Source of the DNA: Poseidonia sp.
Lineage (GTDB): Archaea; Thermoplasmatota; Poseidoniia; Poseidoniales; Poseidoniaceae
Assembly (NCBI GenBank): GCA_030827365.1
Contig: JAUREO010000001.1
Location: forward strand, 22,312 to 86,311
Direction of reading: 5' to 3'
Length of the DNA: 64,000 nucleotides
Positions 33,462 through 42,694 of this stretch are shown in pieces; the stretch's first letter is position 1; each line of letters starts with the position of its first letter. Under the pieces are notes generated by a model. It saw only the letters and a program-made list of their open reading frames with translations. It had not been told where the DNA came from and did not search any database. The position numbers were made by a program, and so were the translations under genes.

Positions 33462-35222
33462 TCATTCGAAAAAATTCGAAAAACTGAGATTCCAATCAAT
33501 ATTCACCGATTTGAACCAATTCTCCGCGACAATTTCTTGTTTTTTTGAGCGTAATTTTGCGCGTTCACTCACAAGCTTCCACGCAGACTTTTTCCCGATT
33601 CCTGGTATGGCCTCGAGTTGTTTTTCAGTTACTGAATCTACATCAAGACCGATTTCAACTCCGGTGATTGAACGCTGACCGTGACTTGTGACAATGATGT
33701 CCGAGGTCGTTTCCAGAGGTATCTTGTACTCAACTCCAATAAGAATCGGATATGCCCCGATTTGACGGCCAAAAGTTACCCCGGCTTTGCCGTGGCAAGC
33801 CAGTTCCCGATGTTCCTCAGTCTCATGAATTGGTAGTCGTGTCCTGCCATCATGACTCTCCCAGTGAACGTCCCGAAGAATTTGACCAATTGGAAACAAT
33901 TCCTTGAGCAGTGGTTCGTCGAAATTCTCTCGTACATGTGATTTGAAATCAGCGAAGTCATCTTTATCCACAGGTTGAAAACCATCGCCTTCAACTTGAC
34001 GAATGTTAATTCGGCGAAGCCAGTGACCTTGGCTTCGAATTTCTCGCAGTAAATTGAGATTTAAATCGTAGGATTCCGGTCGCTCGCCATTCAAACCAGC
34101 AATAAAATTGAGGCCTGGTAAAAGTTTGGGTAGGCCACGTTGCCCACGCTCTTTACCATATTTATTAATGAGCGAAATTGCAGATTTTAGTTGGTTGGCA
34201 TCGCAATTTAACCAATTGAGTTCGTGCACATTTGGATCTGCAGATTCAAGACCAAATGACAAGACTGCACCGTCAGAGAGAGTATTGACGAGTGTTTTTG
34301 TGATTTCTTCCGAGGGTTCAAGATGTTCTGCAATGATGGAAGGGTTTGCATTATCGGTGTGTAAAATATTGAGGCGTTCATCCTCACGCAAACCGTAGAG
34401 AAGTTTAGCAATGGGTTCAGGATTTGGAATTGGATATTCAAGTTCCACAACACCTTCAGCCATGTAGGTGTATGTGTCAGTCATCCCCCCAAGTCGGACA
34501 TGTTGGACCCCTTGGTCGAGAGCAAGTTTCACTTCACGAATGATGTCATCGGGACGACGCCAAATTGGTACACCCTTTTTTGGCTCAATGCAAAATTTGC
34601 AACCATGTTTGTATCGTACACACCCTTGATACACCTCCACCTCGTAAGTTAGAGGGCCTGGTTGCTGAGGTGAACCGAGGTCAGGATGGTGTGTTACCGC
34701 CTTTGAGGTGGCACCCAGTTGTGCCCAAATGGTCCATTGTTCAGGTGTTCTTCGTTGATGCTTCATTTCGCCTACTCTAAGATAATGATGAAGGGTCGCA
34801 TCTGTGTCTTGTACGCACAGGAATAGATTCTTTCGTAACGGTTGCCAACCCTGATGACGCCATCCACGAATGGCCCAGCCTCCAAAAATCATTGGAATGT
34901 CACGAGGTGCTTGGGCGATGACCTCATTGACTTCTTTTTGAGAAATTGGTGTGCCTCGTAGATATTTTCCCGGAACAATCGCACCTGCAATGAGTGCAAT
35001 TCCTTTGCTGGTTGACAAGATTTTTGCTGCTTCATCTTGTTGATTTGATACAATTCTTCGCCATTCATCGATGGTCATGAATCGGTAAGGAAGGGCATGT
35101 TGTTCGAGTACACCACACACATATCGAATGTGGAAACCAATGTATGGGGGAACACCAAATGCTGCAGGTTCATCCTCATAGCCATCGATGACGAGCCATT
35201 GTCTGGATTCTCCTGAGTCCAT
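33462..35222 (-). CDS. Radical-SAM-like Fe-S protein with flavodoxin/B12-binding-like N-domain and C-terminal helix-hairpin-helix
   Basis: The Cys cluster is GCVRYKHGCKFC. A TIM-barrel-like central region follows. The C-terminal HhH is LEAIPGIGKKSAWKLV. The track start (35228) is TTG and the first ATG is at 35222. Confidence 0.6.
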   Translation of the reverse strand: MDSGESRQWLVIDGYEDEPAAFGVPPYIGFHIRYVCGVLEQHALPYRFMTIDEWRRIVSNQQDEAAKILSTSKGIALIAGAIVPGKYLRGTPISQKEVNEVIAQAPRDIPMIFGGWAIRGWRHQGWQPLRKNLFLCVQDTDATLHHYLRVGEMKHQRRTPEQWTIWAQLGATSKAVTHHPDLGSPQQPGPLTYEVEVYQGCVRYKHGCKFCIEPKKGVPIWRRPDDIIREVKLALDQGVQHVRLGGMTDTYTYMAEGVVELEYPIPNPEPIAKLLYGLREDERLNILHTDNANPSIIAEHLEPSEEITKTLVNTLSDGAVLSFGLESADPNVHELNWLNCDANQLKSAISLINKYGKERGQRGLPKLLPGLNFIAGLNGERPESYDLNLNLLREIRSQGHWLRRINIRQVEGDGFQPVDKDDFADFKSHVRENFDEPLLKELFPIGQILRDVHWESHDGRTRLPIHETEEHRELACHGKAGVTFGRQIGAYPILIGVEYKIPLETTSDIIVTSHGQRSITGVEIGLDVDSVTEKQLEAIPGIGKKSAWKLVSERAKLRSKKQEIVAENWFKSVNIDWNLSFSNFFE

Positions 35223-35246
35223 GAACAACTCAAGGAGTTTACAATT

Positions 35247-36635
35247 TCAATCCTTCTTCTCTTTTCGAGGGCGATGTCTTTTTTTCTTTCCGTCTTGCTC
35301 TTCTTCAAGCATGGCTCGAAGTTCTCTCGACGATTTATTGGATTTCTTCCCGGTTTGACCTGCGACATCGATGCGAATTTTTCGACCATCGATTTCAGTG
35401 TTCGTGATTTGGCCAACCAATTCATCTGCGTTGGTTTCGGATGTTGTTGAGACGAAAGCAAATCCTTTCGGTTTGTTGTCAGGACCAGTCACAATGTTGA
35501 TGTGTGTTATTTCGGCTTTGTCTTTAAACAATGAACGAATTTGCTCTTCAGTAATTGAAAATGGTAAATTCCCGACATAGAATTTAACCTCAGGTATTGA
35601 TTTTGGTTTGTCTTTCTTACTTTTGTCATCGGCTAAATTCACACCAAGAATCCGACCTTGCACCTTTTTGGTTTTCATGGCTTGAATGGCTGCTTGAGCC
35701 ATATCTTTGTGTTCATAAGTGACAAAACCGAATCCGCGGCTGTTGCCAGATTCGTCGGTCATGACGATGCAATCATCCATTTCACCATATTCACCAAAAA
35801 TTTCACGAAGCCCATTGGTATCGATGTCTCTTGGAATTCCTCCAACGAAAAGTCGGCAGTCTGGGTCTGCTTGTTGCTTTGCTCCACCACCGCCTGAAGA
35901 ACCGCCTTCGAAAGAAAAATATTCGATTTCTCGACCATCATTTCGAACATCGGCTGCAATTCGAGTTGCACGAGCAGAAGGACCGATGTTTCTAAATTTC
36001 TCAGTTGCTTCACTCCAGCGTTTTCCTTTCCTTGAAACTTCATCGATGTCTTCTCGACCAGTGCCCCAACCCACACCAAATTGGTCGGATACTGCACGGA
36101 AATCTTTGGTGTTGCAGACGGTGCAAGCAACATTCCAATCGTCATCAAGTTTAATCTTCATGTCACCGCCACATGCACCGCAAATGGTGCTGAGAACACC
36201 GAGCTCCGAAGAGGAGCGAAAGTCAATTCTCAACACAGGTTTGGTTTCAATGACCACACCGCGGCAAATATCACGGATATTGAGTGCATCTCGAGTTTGG
36301 TGGAGATAACGATCTGTAATATTGGTGACGTGGAATTGAGCAATTAAGTTCTCTGCATCGATTGAACCTCGCTTGCCTTCGATGACAAGTAACGTGGCTT
36401 CGCCATTTTTTTCATTGAGGCGACTAATTTCACAAAGGACTTTATCGCCAATTTCCGGTACAGGAGGTTGTTTATTTGCAAGGATACTAATGACCCCGTC
36501 GAGGTGTTGAACTTCCCCAAAAATGCTTGCCCTCAGCACACCCTCGTGGGATATAACTCCGTGACCAGCCTCAAATTCACCGTCATTGCACAACTTCGTT
36601 CCGGGGGTGACGATGCTCGCCGTCATAATTCTCAT
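35247..36635 (-). CDS. Exosome cap subunit Csl4 fused to two RRM (RNP-type) RNA-binding domains and a Lys-rich tail
   Basis: The Csl4 part has VTPGTKL..GHGV, an S1-like core EIGDKVLCEISR...FHVTNI..IRDICRGVVIE, and the zinc ribbon CGACGG...CTVCN. A GGSSGGGG linker follows. RRM1 has LFVGGI and RGFGFVTY; RRM2 has FYVGNL and KGFAFVST. The start is ambiguous (GTG 36683, ATG 36635 or 36626). Confidence 0.8.
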   Translation of the reverse strand: MRIMTASIVTPGTKLCNDGEFEAGHGVISHEGVLRASIFGEVQHLDGVISILANKQPPVPEIGDKVLCEISRLNEKNGEATLLVIEGKRGSIDAENLIAQFHVTNITDRYLHQTRDALNIRDICRGVVIETKPVLRIDFRSSSELGVLSTICGACGGDMKIKLDDDWNVACTVCNTKDFRAVSDQFGVGWGTGREDIDEVSRKGKRWSEATEKFRNIGPSARATRIAADVRNDGREIEYFSFEGGSSGGGGAKQQADPDCRLFVGGIPRDIDTNGLREIFGEYGEMDDCIVMTDESGNSRGFGFVTYEHKDMAQAAIQAMKTKKVQGRILGVNLADDKSKKDKPKSIPEVKFYVGNLPFSITEEQIRSLFKDKAEITHINIVTGPDNKPKGFAFVSTTSETNADELVGQITNTEIDGRKIRIDVAGQTGKKSNKSSRELRAMLEEEQDGKKKRHRPRKEKKD

Positions 36636-36735
36636 TCCTTGGACATGGCCATCGACAGGTCGCACGCCGCTAAACAACCCCACATGTCATTCCTTTTCAA
36701 ACCCCTTCATTCAATCACAACCGGGCATTTCACAT

Positions 36736-37344
36736 TCATCGTGTCAATGCCCAGCAAGAAATTGATGTGGATTGTTGTCGACTCTGATGATGCTGATATA
36801 TTGCTGGTAACCGAAATTGGTCGTTGAACAATTTTTGACAAGACCAACCCATGTCTTTTGCTAATGTTTGGATATGCTGTGCTTCAGATGAATGAAGCAC
36901 ATGTACTGAAGATGCCATGCAAGATAGTGCAGTGTTGAAAAACGCTCGATCAGCCATCGACTTTTGAACGCCCCATGGAGGATTCATGATGACCATTTGG
37001 ATGTTTGATGGTAATACGGTACCTTCATCGATACTTTGGTGAACGATAGTGTATCTTTCACTTGGAATATCCTTCAAGTTGTTGTGAAGAATTTCAATGG
37101 CGTTCACATCAGATTCGATAAAAGTCACATGTTCAGCACCTAATAGCAAGCATCCAATGCCGAGAATGCCATTTCCACAACCCAAATCAGCTACAATCAC
37201 ATCATCGATTTGGTATTGCTGCTCGATGACGGTTAACCACCTTGCAGCAAGTGCCCCTTCGGTTTGATATTGCTCAAGAGCAACACTGAGTTGGGGATGT
37301 TGCTCAAGACTTGAGAGGTGCATCGCGAGATGCTTCGTTTTCAT
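36736..37344 (-). CDS. METTL5-like N6-adenine RNA methyltransferase (COG2263-type predicted RNA methylase)
   Basis: The SAM motif is VADLGCGNGILGIG and the catalytic motif is MNPPWG. This is the classic neighbour of csl4 in archaeal exosome gene neighbourhoods. Confidence 0.75.
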   Translation of the reverse strand: MKTKHLAMHLSSLEQHPQLSVALEQYQTEGALAARWLTVIEQQYQIDDVIVADLGCGNGILGIGCLLLGAEHVTFIESDVNAIEILHNNLKDIPSERYTIVHQSIDEGTVLPSNIQMVIMNPPWGVQKSMADRAFFNTALSCMASSVHVLHSSEAQHIQTLAKDMGWSCQKLFNDQFRLPAIYQHHQSRQQSTSISCWALTR

Positions 37345-37392
37345 TCCCTCACCATCGAGGTGGCTGCTGATATTGTTGTTGCATTTGGAATC

Positions 37393-37539
37393 TTATGTTT
37401 TGAATTTGTTGGGCTTCCATGCGTAGCCGTTGGAGAAGGGCTTCACCAGGTTGTTGATTGCCGCAAAATCTGCAGAATCGCGTTCCATCTGGATGTGATT
37501 GGCCGCAGTTGATACAAAATGCCATTCTTCTTCCTCCAT
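37393..37539 (-). CDS. Possible 48-aa small protein (MEEEEWHFVSTAANHIQMERDSADFAAINNLVKPFSNGYAWKPNKFKT)
   Basis: This is the only sizeable ORF in the 218-bp gap between the 363-aa hypothetical gene and the methylase gene, and it is on the same strand. The ATG lies 24 nt after the upstream stop. It has no recognisable family. Confidence 0.25.
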   Translation of the reverse strand: MEEEEWHFVSTAANHIQMERDSADFAAINNLVKPFSNGYAWKPNKFKT

Positions 37540-37562
37540 TTTATGCTTTATTGAATTCCTTT

Positions 37563-38654
37563 TCAACCTATTGATGTCATGTCGACCAAAATAGACCAAG
37601 TATCAAGTTGATTGGCAATCGCACGTTCGTTCAATTCCTCCCAGCGTGGGTCATCCATAAACTCTGAAACATCCGCCCCGGCGTCCATTTTTTCTTGAAT
37701 AAATGCTCTGAATTCAATTTCAACCTCTGACTGAGGTTCCGCTTCCTCTTCAGGCGCTTCTTCGATAGCAACTTCTTCGACATCGGGTTCCTCGGAATGA
37801 ACCGATTCTTCGGGAGCCGAGGTTTCTATGTCATCGGTGTATTGATTATTGGGCAGTGGCACATCCTCGACTTCAACGGCAGTTTCTGAAGGAGGTAAAG
37901 GAACATGTTCAACCTCTCCAACTTCGACCTCATGTTCCTCAGGTTGAGAATCGATGAATTTAGGTTCTACGACCTCTTCAACAACTGGTTGCTCGATGGT
38001 AATATTATCAACTGGTTGCTCAACAACCTGTGGTGCAGGTCGTTGAAGTCGCCCAACTCCAAGCACTTCGGCTTGTTGTCGTGCAAATTCTGCTGCTTGT
38101 CTTCGTGGAAGACTTATGAAAGCTTTCCCGGGTAAGGAACTTGTTGGAAATGGTAGAAAGTATTCGTTGATGGGTGCGATATCGGGATGCGAAAAACACA
38201 TGATTTGTTCTACTTCAAAGGCCCTTTGTGCTGGTGAATCAATCGAAAATGGAAGTGGGCGAACTACGATACTGCTTCGTTTCCATCCCTCGTTTTTGAT
38301 AAGGTGTTGGACCCATGGACCCAAATCGGTCGTGGCAAGGTCAACGAATTGAAAAGAGGCATCTCGTGGATTCAAACCTTGCTCCTCGAGAAGTTGTGCT
38401 TGCTCACGTGGGCGGTGGAAGATAGATACAATCGGTTGTCCATGTTCGACGAGGTCTCCGTGCAATTCCATCATTTTACGGTCCTTTCTCGGGCACAACA
38501 TAAGAATCCTCATGCGGGTGGCGTTCACATCCCAAATTTCCCCCCATCGTTGTTCAGCCTCTACGAACAGTTGTCCCATGGTAGCATCAGGAATCATCGC
38601 AGTTATGCCCATCGTCTCACCTGTATGTTTGACATTGTTTTCCTCTTTAGCCAT
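37563..38654 (-). CDS. Hypothetical protein with acidic low-complexity central region
   Basis: Long ORF in the same orientation as its neighbours. The track start (38663) is TTG and the first ATG is at 38654 (MAKEENN). The E/V/P-rich segment is VVEEVVEPKF...EEAPEEEAEPQSE. No family recognised. Confidence 0.6.
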   Translation of the reverse strand: MAKEENNVKHTGETMGITAMIPDATMGQLFVEAEQRWGEIWDVNATRMRILMLCPRKDRKMMELHGDLVEHGQPIVSIFHRPREQAQLLEEQGLNPRDASFQFVDLATTDLGPWVQHLIKNEGWKRSSIVVRPLPFSIDSPAQRAFEVEQIMCFSHPDIAPINEYFLPFPTSSLPGKAFISLPRRQAAEFARQQAEVLGVGRLQRPAPQVVEQPVDNITIEQPVVEEVVEPKFIDSQPEEHEVEVGEVEHVPLPPSETAVEVEDVPLPNNQYTDDIETSAPEESVHSEEPDVEEVAIEEAPEEEAEPQSEVEIEFRAFIQEKMDAGADVSEFMDDPRWEELNERAIANQLDTWSILVDMTSIG

Positions 38655-38666
38655 GAGGGTCAAAAA

Positions 38667-39722
38667 TCATGAACCAAAATACCCCTTCATATGTGCGAAT
38701 TCCGCCAAGTAAAGGACACCCCCAGCGGCGCCACGGATGAGGTTGTGAGAGTATCCTTTGAATCGAATCGTTTCTTTATCCACCTGAACGATATCACCAA
38801 TCGTTACTGACATTCCATGACTTCGTCGATATGCCGATTGGTCTGGTCGTGCATTTGAGTTTCCATTTGACCATAAATCTGAGTTCACATCGATGGAATC
38901 ACGAATGCTCATCAATTTCTCTGGACTTGATGGTAGACCAAGATGTTGCTTGGAATTGAAGTCTTCAATGGATTGCTTGAATTCTTCAATGCTATAGGGT
39001 TCTTCAAATTCCACTTGGACTTCAGCGATATGCCCATCTTTTCTTTCCACACGGCTGCATGAAACGCTGATGGGTATGTTTGTGTTTGATAAATATTTGA
39101 ATTCTTGAATTATTTTTTCCGCCTCACCTGGGATGGTTGGCTCAGCAATCCGTCGCTGCTTTTCAAAGTCTTCTATGAGCCTTCGACCTCCCCCGGATAA
39201 TGCTTGTTGAGTAAGTACTTTACAATCACGAATTATCGTGGGACGAAGTAAAGGTTGAAGGGCGAAAATAAAACTTAACACGGTGCAATTTGTCGCACAA
39301 AAGTGCTTTGAGGATGCATGGAGATCGAATAATTCAGGATTGATTTCTGGAACGATGGTCGGAATATCATCTCTGCATCGATATGAACTTGAGTTTGAAA
39401 AAACAGAAATGCCGTTGCGAGTCCAAAGTGGTTCAATATCATGTGCAAATTGCGATGGTAAAGTCGAAATTGCTAATTGAACACCGCTTTTTGCAAGTGA
39501 AATGATGGTTTGTTCGTCATCAAGGGATACAACACTATTCTTTGGAATTGTTGGCCGAGGGTACTCGATCCACCAAGGTAATTCTTGAACTGGCGTACCT
39601 ACCTTTTGCGGGCTGCCTGCAATAAAATCCAGAGAAAAAAAAGGATGGTCTGTGAGCAAAAGTTGGACATATTGAGAGACCATTCCTGTTGAACCCAACA
39701 GAACTGTACTCACCTTCGTCAT
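38667..39722 (-). CDS. asd: Aspartate-semialdehyde dehydrogenase, archaeal type
   Basis: The N-terminus is VLLGSTGMVSQY and the active-site Cys lies in CATNCTV. SCSRVERKDGHIAEVQV, GMSVTIGDI and HNLIRGAAGG also match. I chose the ATG at 39722 because the longer ORF overlaps the upstream GT2 gene. Confidence 0.75.
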   Translation of the reverse strand: MTKVSTVLLGSTGMVSQYVQLLLTDHPFFSLDFIAGSPQKVGTPVQELPWWIEYPRPTIPKNSVVSLDDEQTIISLAKSGVQLAISTLPSQFAHDIEPLWTRNGISVFSNSSSYRCRDDIPTIVPEINPELFDLHASSKHFCATNCTVLSFIFALQPLLRPTIIRDCKVLTQQALSGGGRRLIEDFEKQRRIAEPTIPGEAEKIIQEFKYLSNTNIPISVSCSRVERKDGHIAEVQVEFEEPYSIEEFKQSIEDFNSKQHLGLPSSPEKLMSIRDSIDVNSDLWSNGNSNARPDQSAYRRSHGMSVTIGDIVQVDKETIRFKGYSHNLIRGAAGGVLYLAEFAHMKGYFGS

Positions 39723-39747
39723 ACAAATTTCACCTCGTCCTTCTTTT

Positions 39748-40470
39748 TCAAAGCGTGTTCTTTTGCGTGGCATCATAAGGCAGAGGGAATATTCGTCGAA
39801 TAATCAGTTTTTTCAAAATGTGCCAACCATCCGAAGTTGAACCAAGTTTAGCATCACCAATTCTTGGCAAATACTGAACAGGAACATATTTGACACCAAG
39901 ACCGAGATGGACGCATGTTGCAAACATCTCAGCTTCGAGTTCAAATTCGATACTGTTGAGTTTCATTTTTTCAAGGGCTTTTGATGAAAACATCCAATAT
40001 CCCGAGCAAAGGTCTTCGCACCGCCGATTGAAGAGGATTGATGCAATCCATGTCAGAATGTGATTTCCGAGCAAATTGAATTTCGTCATTGCATGTGGAG
40101 ATAATTTTCCGCAGAGCCGATTTCCAATGATGACATCGTGCCTTGAAAGATGTGGAATAAACTCCACCATCTCTTTCGGGTCATATGTTCCATCAGCATC
40201 GAGCATCACAATGATGTCGGGATTGTAACTGATCGCTTTTTCAAATCCTTGACGAATGGCCAAACCTTTGCCTTTCCCGACTTGTTTAAACACATCGAAG
40301 GAGAGGACTTCAGCTAATTCGCCTGAACCATCATCCGAGTGTCCATCTGCAACAATACACGTGGTTTCAAAACCCATGTGTCGCAATTCTTGCAACGGAA
40401 GACGCTCATGAACCCAACGTAATCCATCAGCTTCGTTCAGCGTTGGAAGAAGAACAACTAGGCTCTTCAT
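39748..40470 (-). CDS. GT2 glycosyltransferase, dolichyl-phosphate sugar synthase (Dpm1-like)
   Basis: Motifs VVLLPTLNEADGL, ADGHSDDGS and MLDADGTYDP. About 240 aa, soluble GT-A type. Confidence 0.8.
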   Translation of the reverse strand: MKSLVVLLPTLNEADGLRWVHERLPLQELRHMGFETTCIVADGHSDDGSGELAEVLSFDVFKQVGKGKGLAIRQGFEKAISYNPDIIVMLDADGTYDPKEMVEFIPHLSRHDVIIGNRLCGKLSPHAMTKFNLLGNHILTWIASILFNRRCEDLCSGYWMFSSKALEKMKLNSIEFELEAEMFATCVHLGLGVKYVPVQYLPRIGDAKLGSTSDGWHILKKLIIRRIFPLPYDATQKNTL

Positions 40471-40512
40471 ATGATGCTCTAAGCAAGAATCTCCATTGAT
40501 ACTTTCGCCTCC

Positions 40513-42627
40513 TCAATTTGTCTCGATTGCCACAAGAGAAATTCCAGTCGAATCAACAATATGTTCTCCTCGACCAGATATACCAGTTGGGTTGATGTAC
40601 ATTGAAGATGAGGTATGTTGCCAATGAATGACAAATTTTTGGACATCCAATTTATGAATACAAATTCGATGGTATCCTGCCGATGAATCAAGGCGATGCG
40701 ATTCATTGTTCACCAAAATGAAAATCCCTCCTGTTGAACCATGAGTTATGTAAGTTAAACACATGGACTGCGGCTGTTGCGCGATATTTTGCAAATGAAT
40801 TTCAGCAAACTGACCTTCCTCGATAAATTGAGTTTGACCGTCAAACCCAAGACGATGACCGATACTATGCTGTTCATACCAAATGTCATGTCTTGATTCG
40901 CATCCAAAGCAATTCTCAGAACTCACATGAACAATATCCCACTTCATTGCAGTACCTTCGACATTGAATTCCCACAGCCGACTTCCATCGATATTGTCAA
41001 CCTCGATCCAATATTCTGAGGTTGAAAGATACCATTGCAACATCCCCATTGGTGAAGTTAAGACTGCATCAATACCTAAGTTTGAAATTGTGTCGACATC
41101 GTTGAAGCGAATGGCTGTCAAAGCGATTGTATGCGTAGTTGAATCAAATTTTGCAAGCCCAACAGTTGGTTTGCCAAGAAATTCACTTTCATGATCGGTC
41201 CATACATATCCCCAAGGAGCATTTTCAGAAAATAGCGAGTCGTAGTGAGTGGAATATCGTTCCATCAATTCAAGATCCGAAGATTGGATTGCTTTGTTTT
41301 GTTCAAGAGGAGTTACCTGCAAAACAAGAACTAATGGAAAGATCAACAAGGCAACAAGAATCAAGGATTTCAACCATTTCAATGACTCCTGTTGGAATGT
41401 GATGTTGTTGGTTCTAAACGACAGTGCAACGATTCCCGCTAAAGGAATATGGAAAGCATGCAAACTCATAGAATAGAGAATTTGAGATAAAAATCCAAAC
41501 AGCAGGATTGGAGTAAAGGGACCAATGTATTGAATGATGCTTAGGAGATAGAGCAACAAAAACCAGTGGCTGAACAAGCGTATATCCCTCGTCTTCGAAC
41601 ATTGGAGATAACAATACAATGCTGGAAGGAGAAGCAGGACATTAAACATGAGAAATGGTACTCCACCCTGCCAACCGTATTCTTGCTCAATCCAATGGTC
41701 TGTCGAAACATTGAACACTCGAACCACGGATTCGAATCCAAGAAACAAAAGCACCATGATGAAGACGAATCGTGAATTCATTTGTGGAGCATGGTTGGGG
41801 CTCTCATCTCTTAATGATTGAAGGAGGATTGCAAAATAAAATATGAAAAGATAAAGAAATCCAGTGGGGTGAATAAGTAGGTTTCCGACCAACAAAACAG
41901 AACGCGTCAATGTTGTATCCTGTTTACTGAAATAGAGAAAGATAGCCAATGAAATTGGGATAAGACTCGAAACAGTTGGGTATCCGGAATCAAAGAATTT
42001 TGCAAAAATTGCAATGCCAACAATCATTGAAACCATCATTTGAAATGATACTTCCCGTTGTTCAAAAGCACCATAAAGGCCGCACAATAAAGCGATGAAG
42101 CCTGCGATTCCAATATCGAATGTGGTGTTGAGGTATCCTTGAGCAGTAAAAAATTCAACATGGGTTACGAGGGCAGGAAGTGCTGGAGAGTACCACCAAT
42201 TGAACTCTGAAAATATGAGGCCTTGGTTGGCGAGACCATATTCAGAAGCAATGATAGCGAATCCAATCCAATCCATGCCGAATGGAATTAGAGTGATGAA
42301 TCTGTAGAACAAAACGGTACCAACGGTCGTATATAGCGGCAGAGAAGTCCATCGATTTGATTGATTTTTTAATTGTACAAATCGGATTTGCGACCTCTTC
42401 CAATTCAACATCGAGTATAGATTTACAACAACGATGATTGAGAGGTAGAGCCATGGTGAACATCCCAAGATGATAACCAAGAGCGCCGACAACATAAATT
42501 GAAGAAAGACAGAAATGGCAATGGCTAAGCATACCAGTTGTGTTTTCGTTTTGAATTCATACCTCAATGTCAAGTATATACAAGCTGGTATCAATCCTGC
42601 GAGAAGAACAAAAAAGACTCCCCACAT
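40513..42627 (-). CDS. Polytopic membrane protein with C-terminal soluble domain (possible GT-C-type glycosyltransferase)
   Basis: About 470 aa with many hydrophobic helices, then about 230 aa of hydrophilic domain. It lies immediately upstream of the Dpm1-like GT2. I saw no WWDYG-type AglB motif. The track start (42690) is GTG and the first ATG is at 42627. Confidence 0.4.
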   Translation of the reverse strand: MWGVFFVLLAGLIPACIYLTLRYEFKTKTQLVCLAIAISVFLQFMLSALLVIILGCSPWLYLSIIVVVNLYSMLNWKRSQIRFVQLKNQSNRWTSLPLYTTVGTVLFYRFITLIPFGMDWIGFAIIASEYGLANQGLIFSEFNWWYSPALPALVTHVEFFTAQGYLNTTFDIGIAGFIALLCGLYGAFEQREVSFQMMVSMIVGIAIFAKFFDSGYPTVSSLIPISLAIFLYFSKQDTTLTRSVLLVGNLLIHPTGFLYLFIFYFAILLQSLRDESPNHAPQMNSRFVFIMVLLFLGFESVVRVFNVSTDHWIEQEYGWQGGVPFLMFNVLLLLPALYCYLQCSKTRDIRLFSHWFLLLYLLSIIQYIGPFTPILLFGFLSQILYSMSLHAFHIPLAGIVALSFRTNNITFQQESLKWLKSLILVALLIFPLVLVLQVTPLEQNKAIQSSDLELMERYSTHYDSLFSENAPWGYVWTDHESEFLGKPTVGLAKFDSTTHTIALTAIRFNDVDTISNLGIDAVLTSPMGMLQWYLSTSEYWIEVDNIDGSRLWEFNVEGTAMKWDIVHVSSENCFGCESRHDIWYEQHSIGHRLGFDGQTQFIEEGQFAEIHLQNIAQQPQSMCLTYITHGSTGGIFILVNNESHRLDSSAGYHRICIHKLDVQKFVIHWQHTSSSMYINPTGISGRGEHIVDSTGISLVAIETN

Positions 42628-42694
42628 ACGACATGGGTGACCTTCGAGCCTCTTTTTCTTTCTGTTAAAGCATAAGTAGAACCGACGCACATCA

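Noticed and set aside
35719-36309. 196-aa plus-strand ORF antisense to the Csl4-RRM gene
   Set aside because: It is Ser/Pro-rich with no motif, whereas the sense strand carries unmistakable RNP1/RNP2 and Csl4 motifs.
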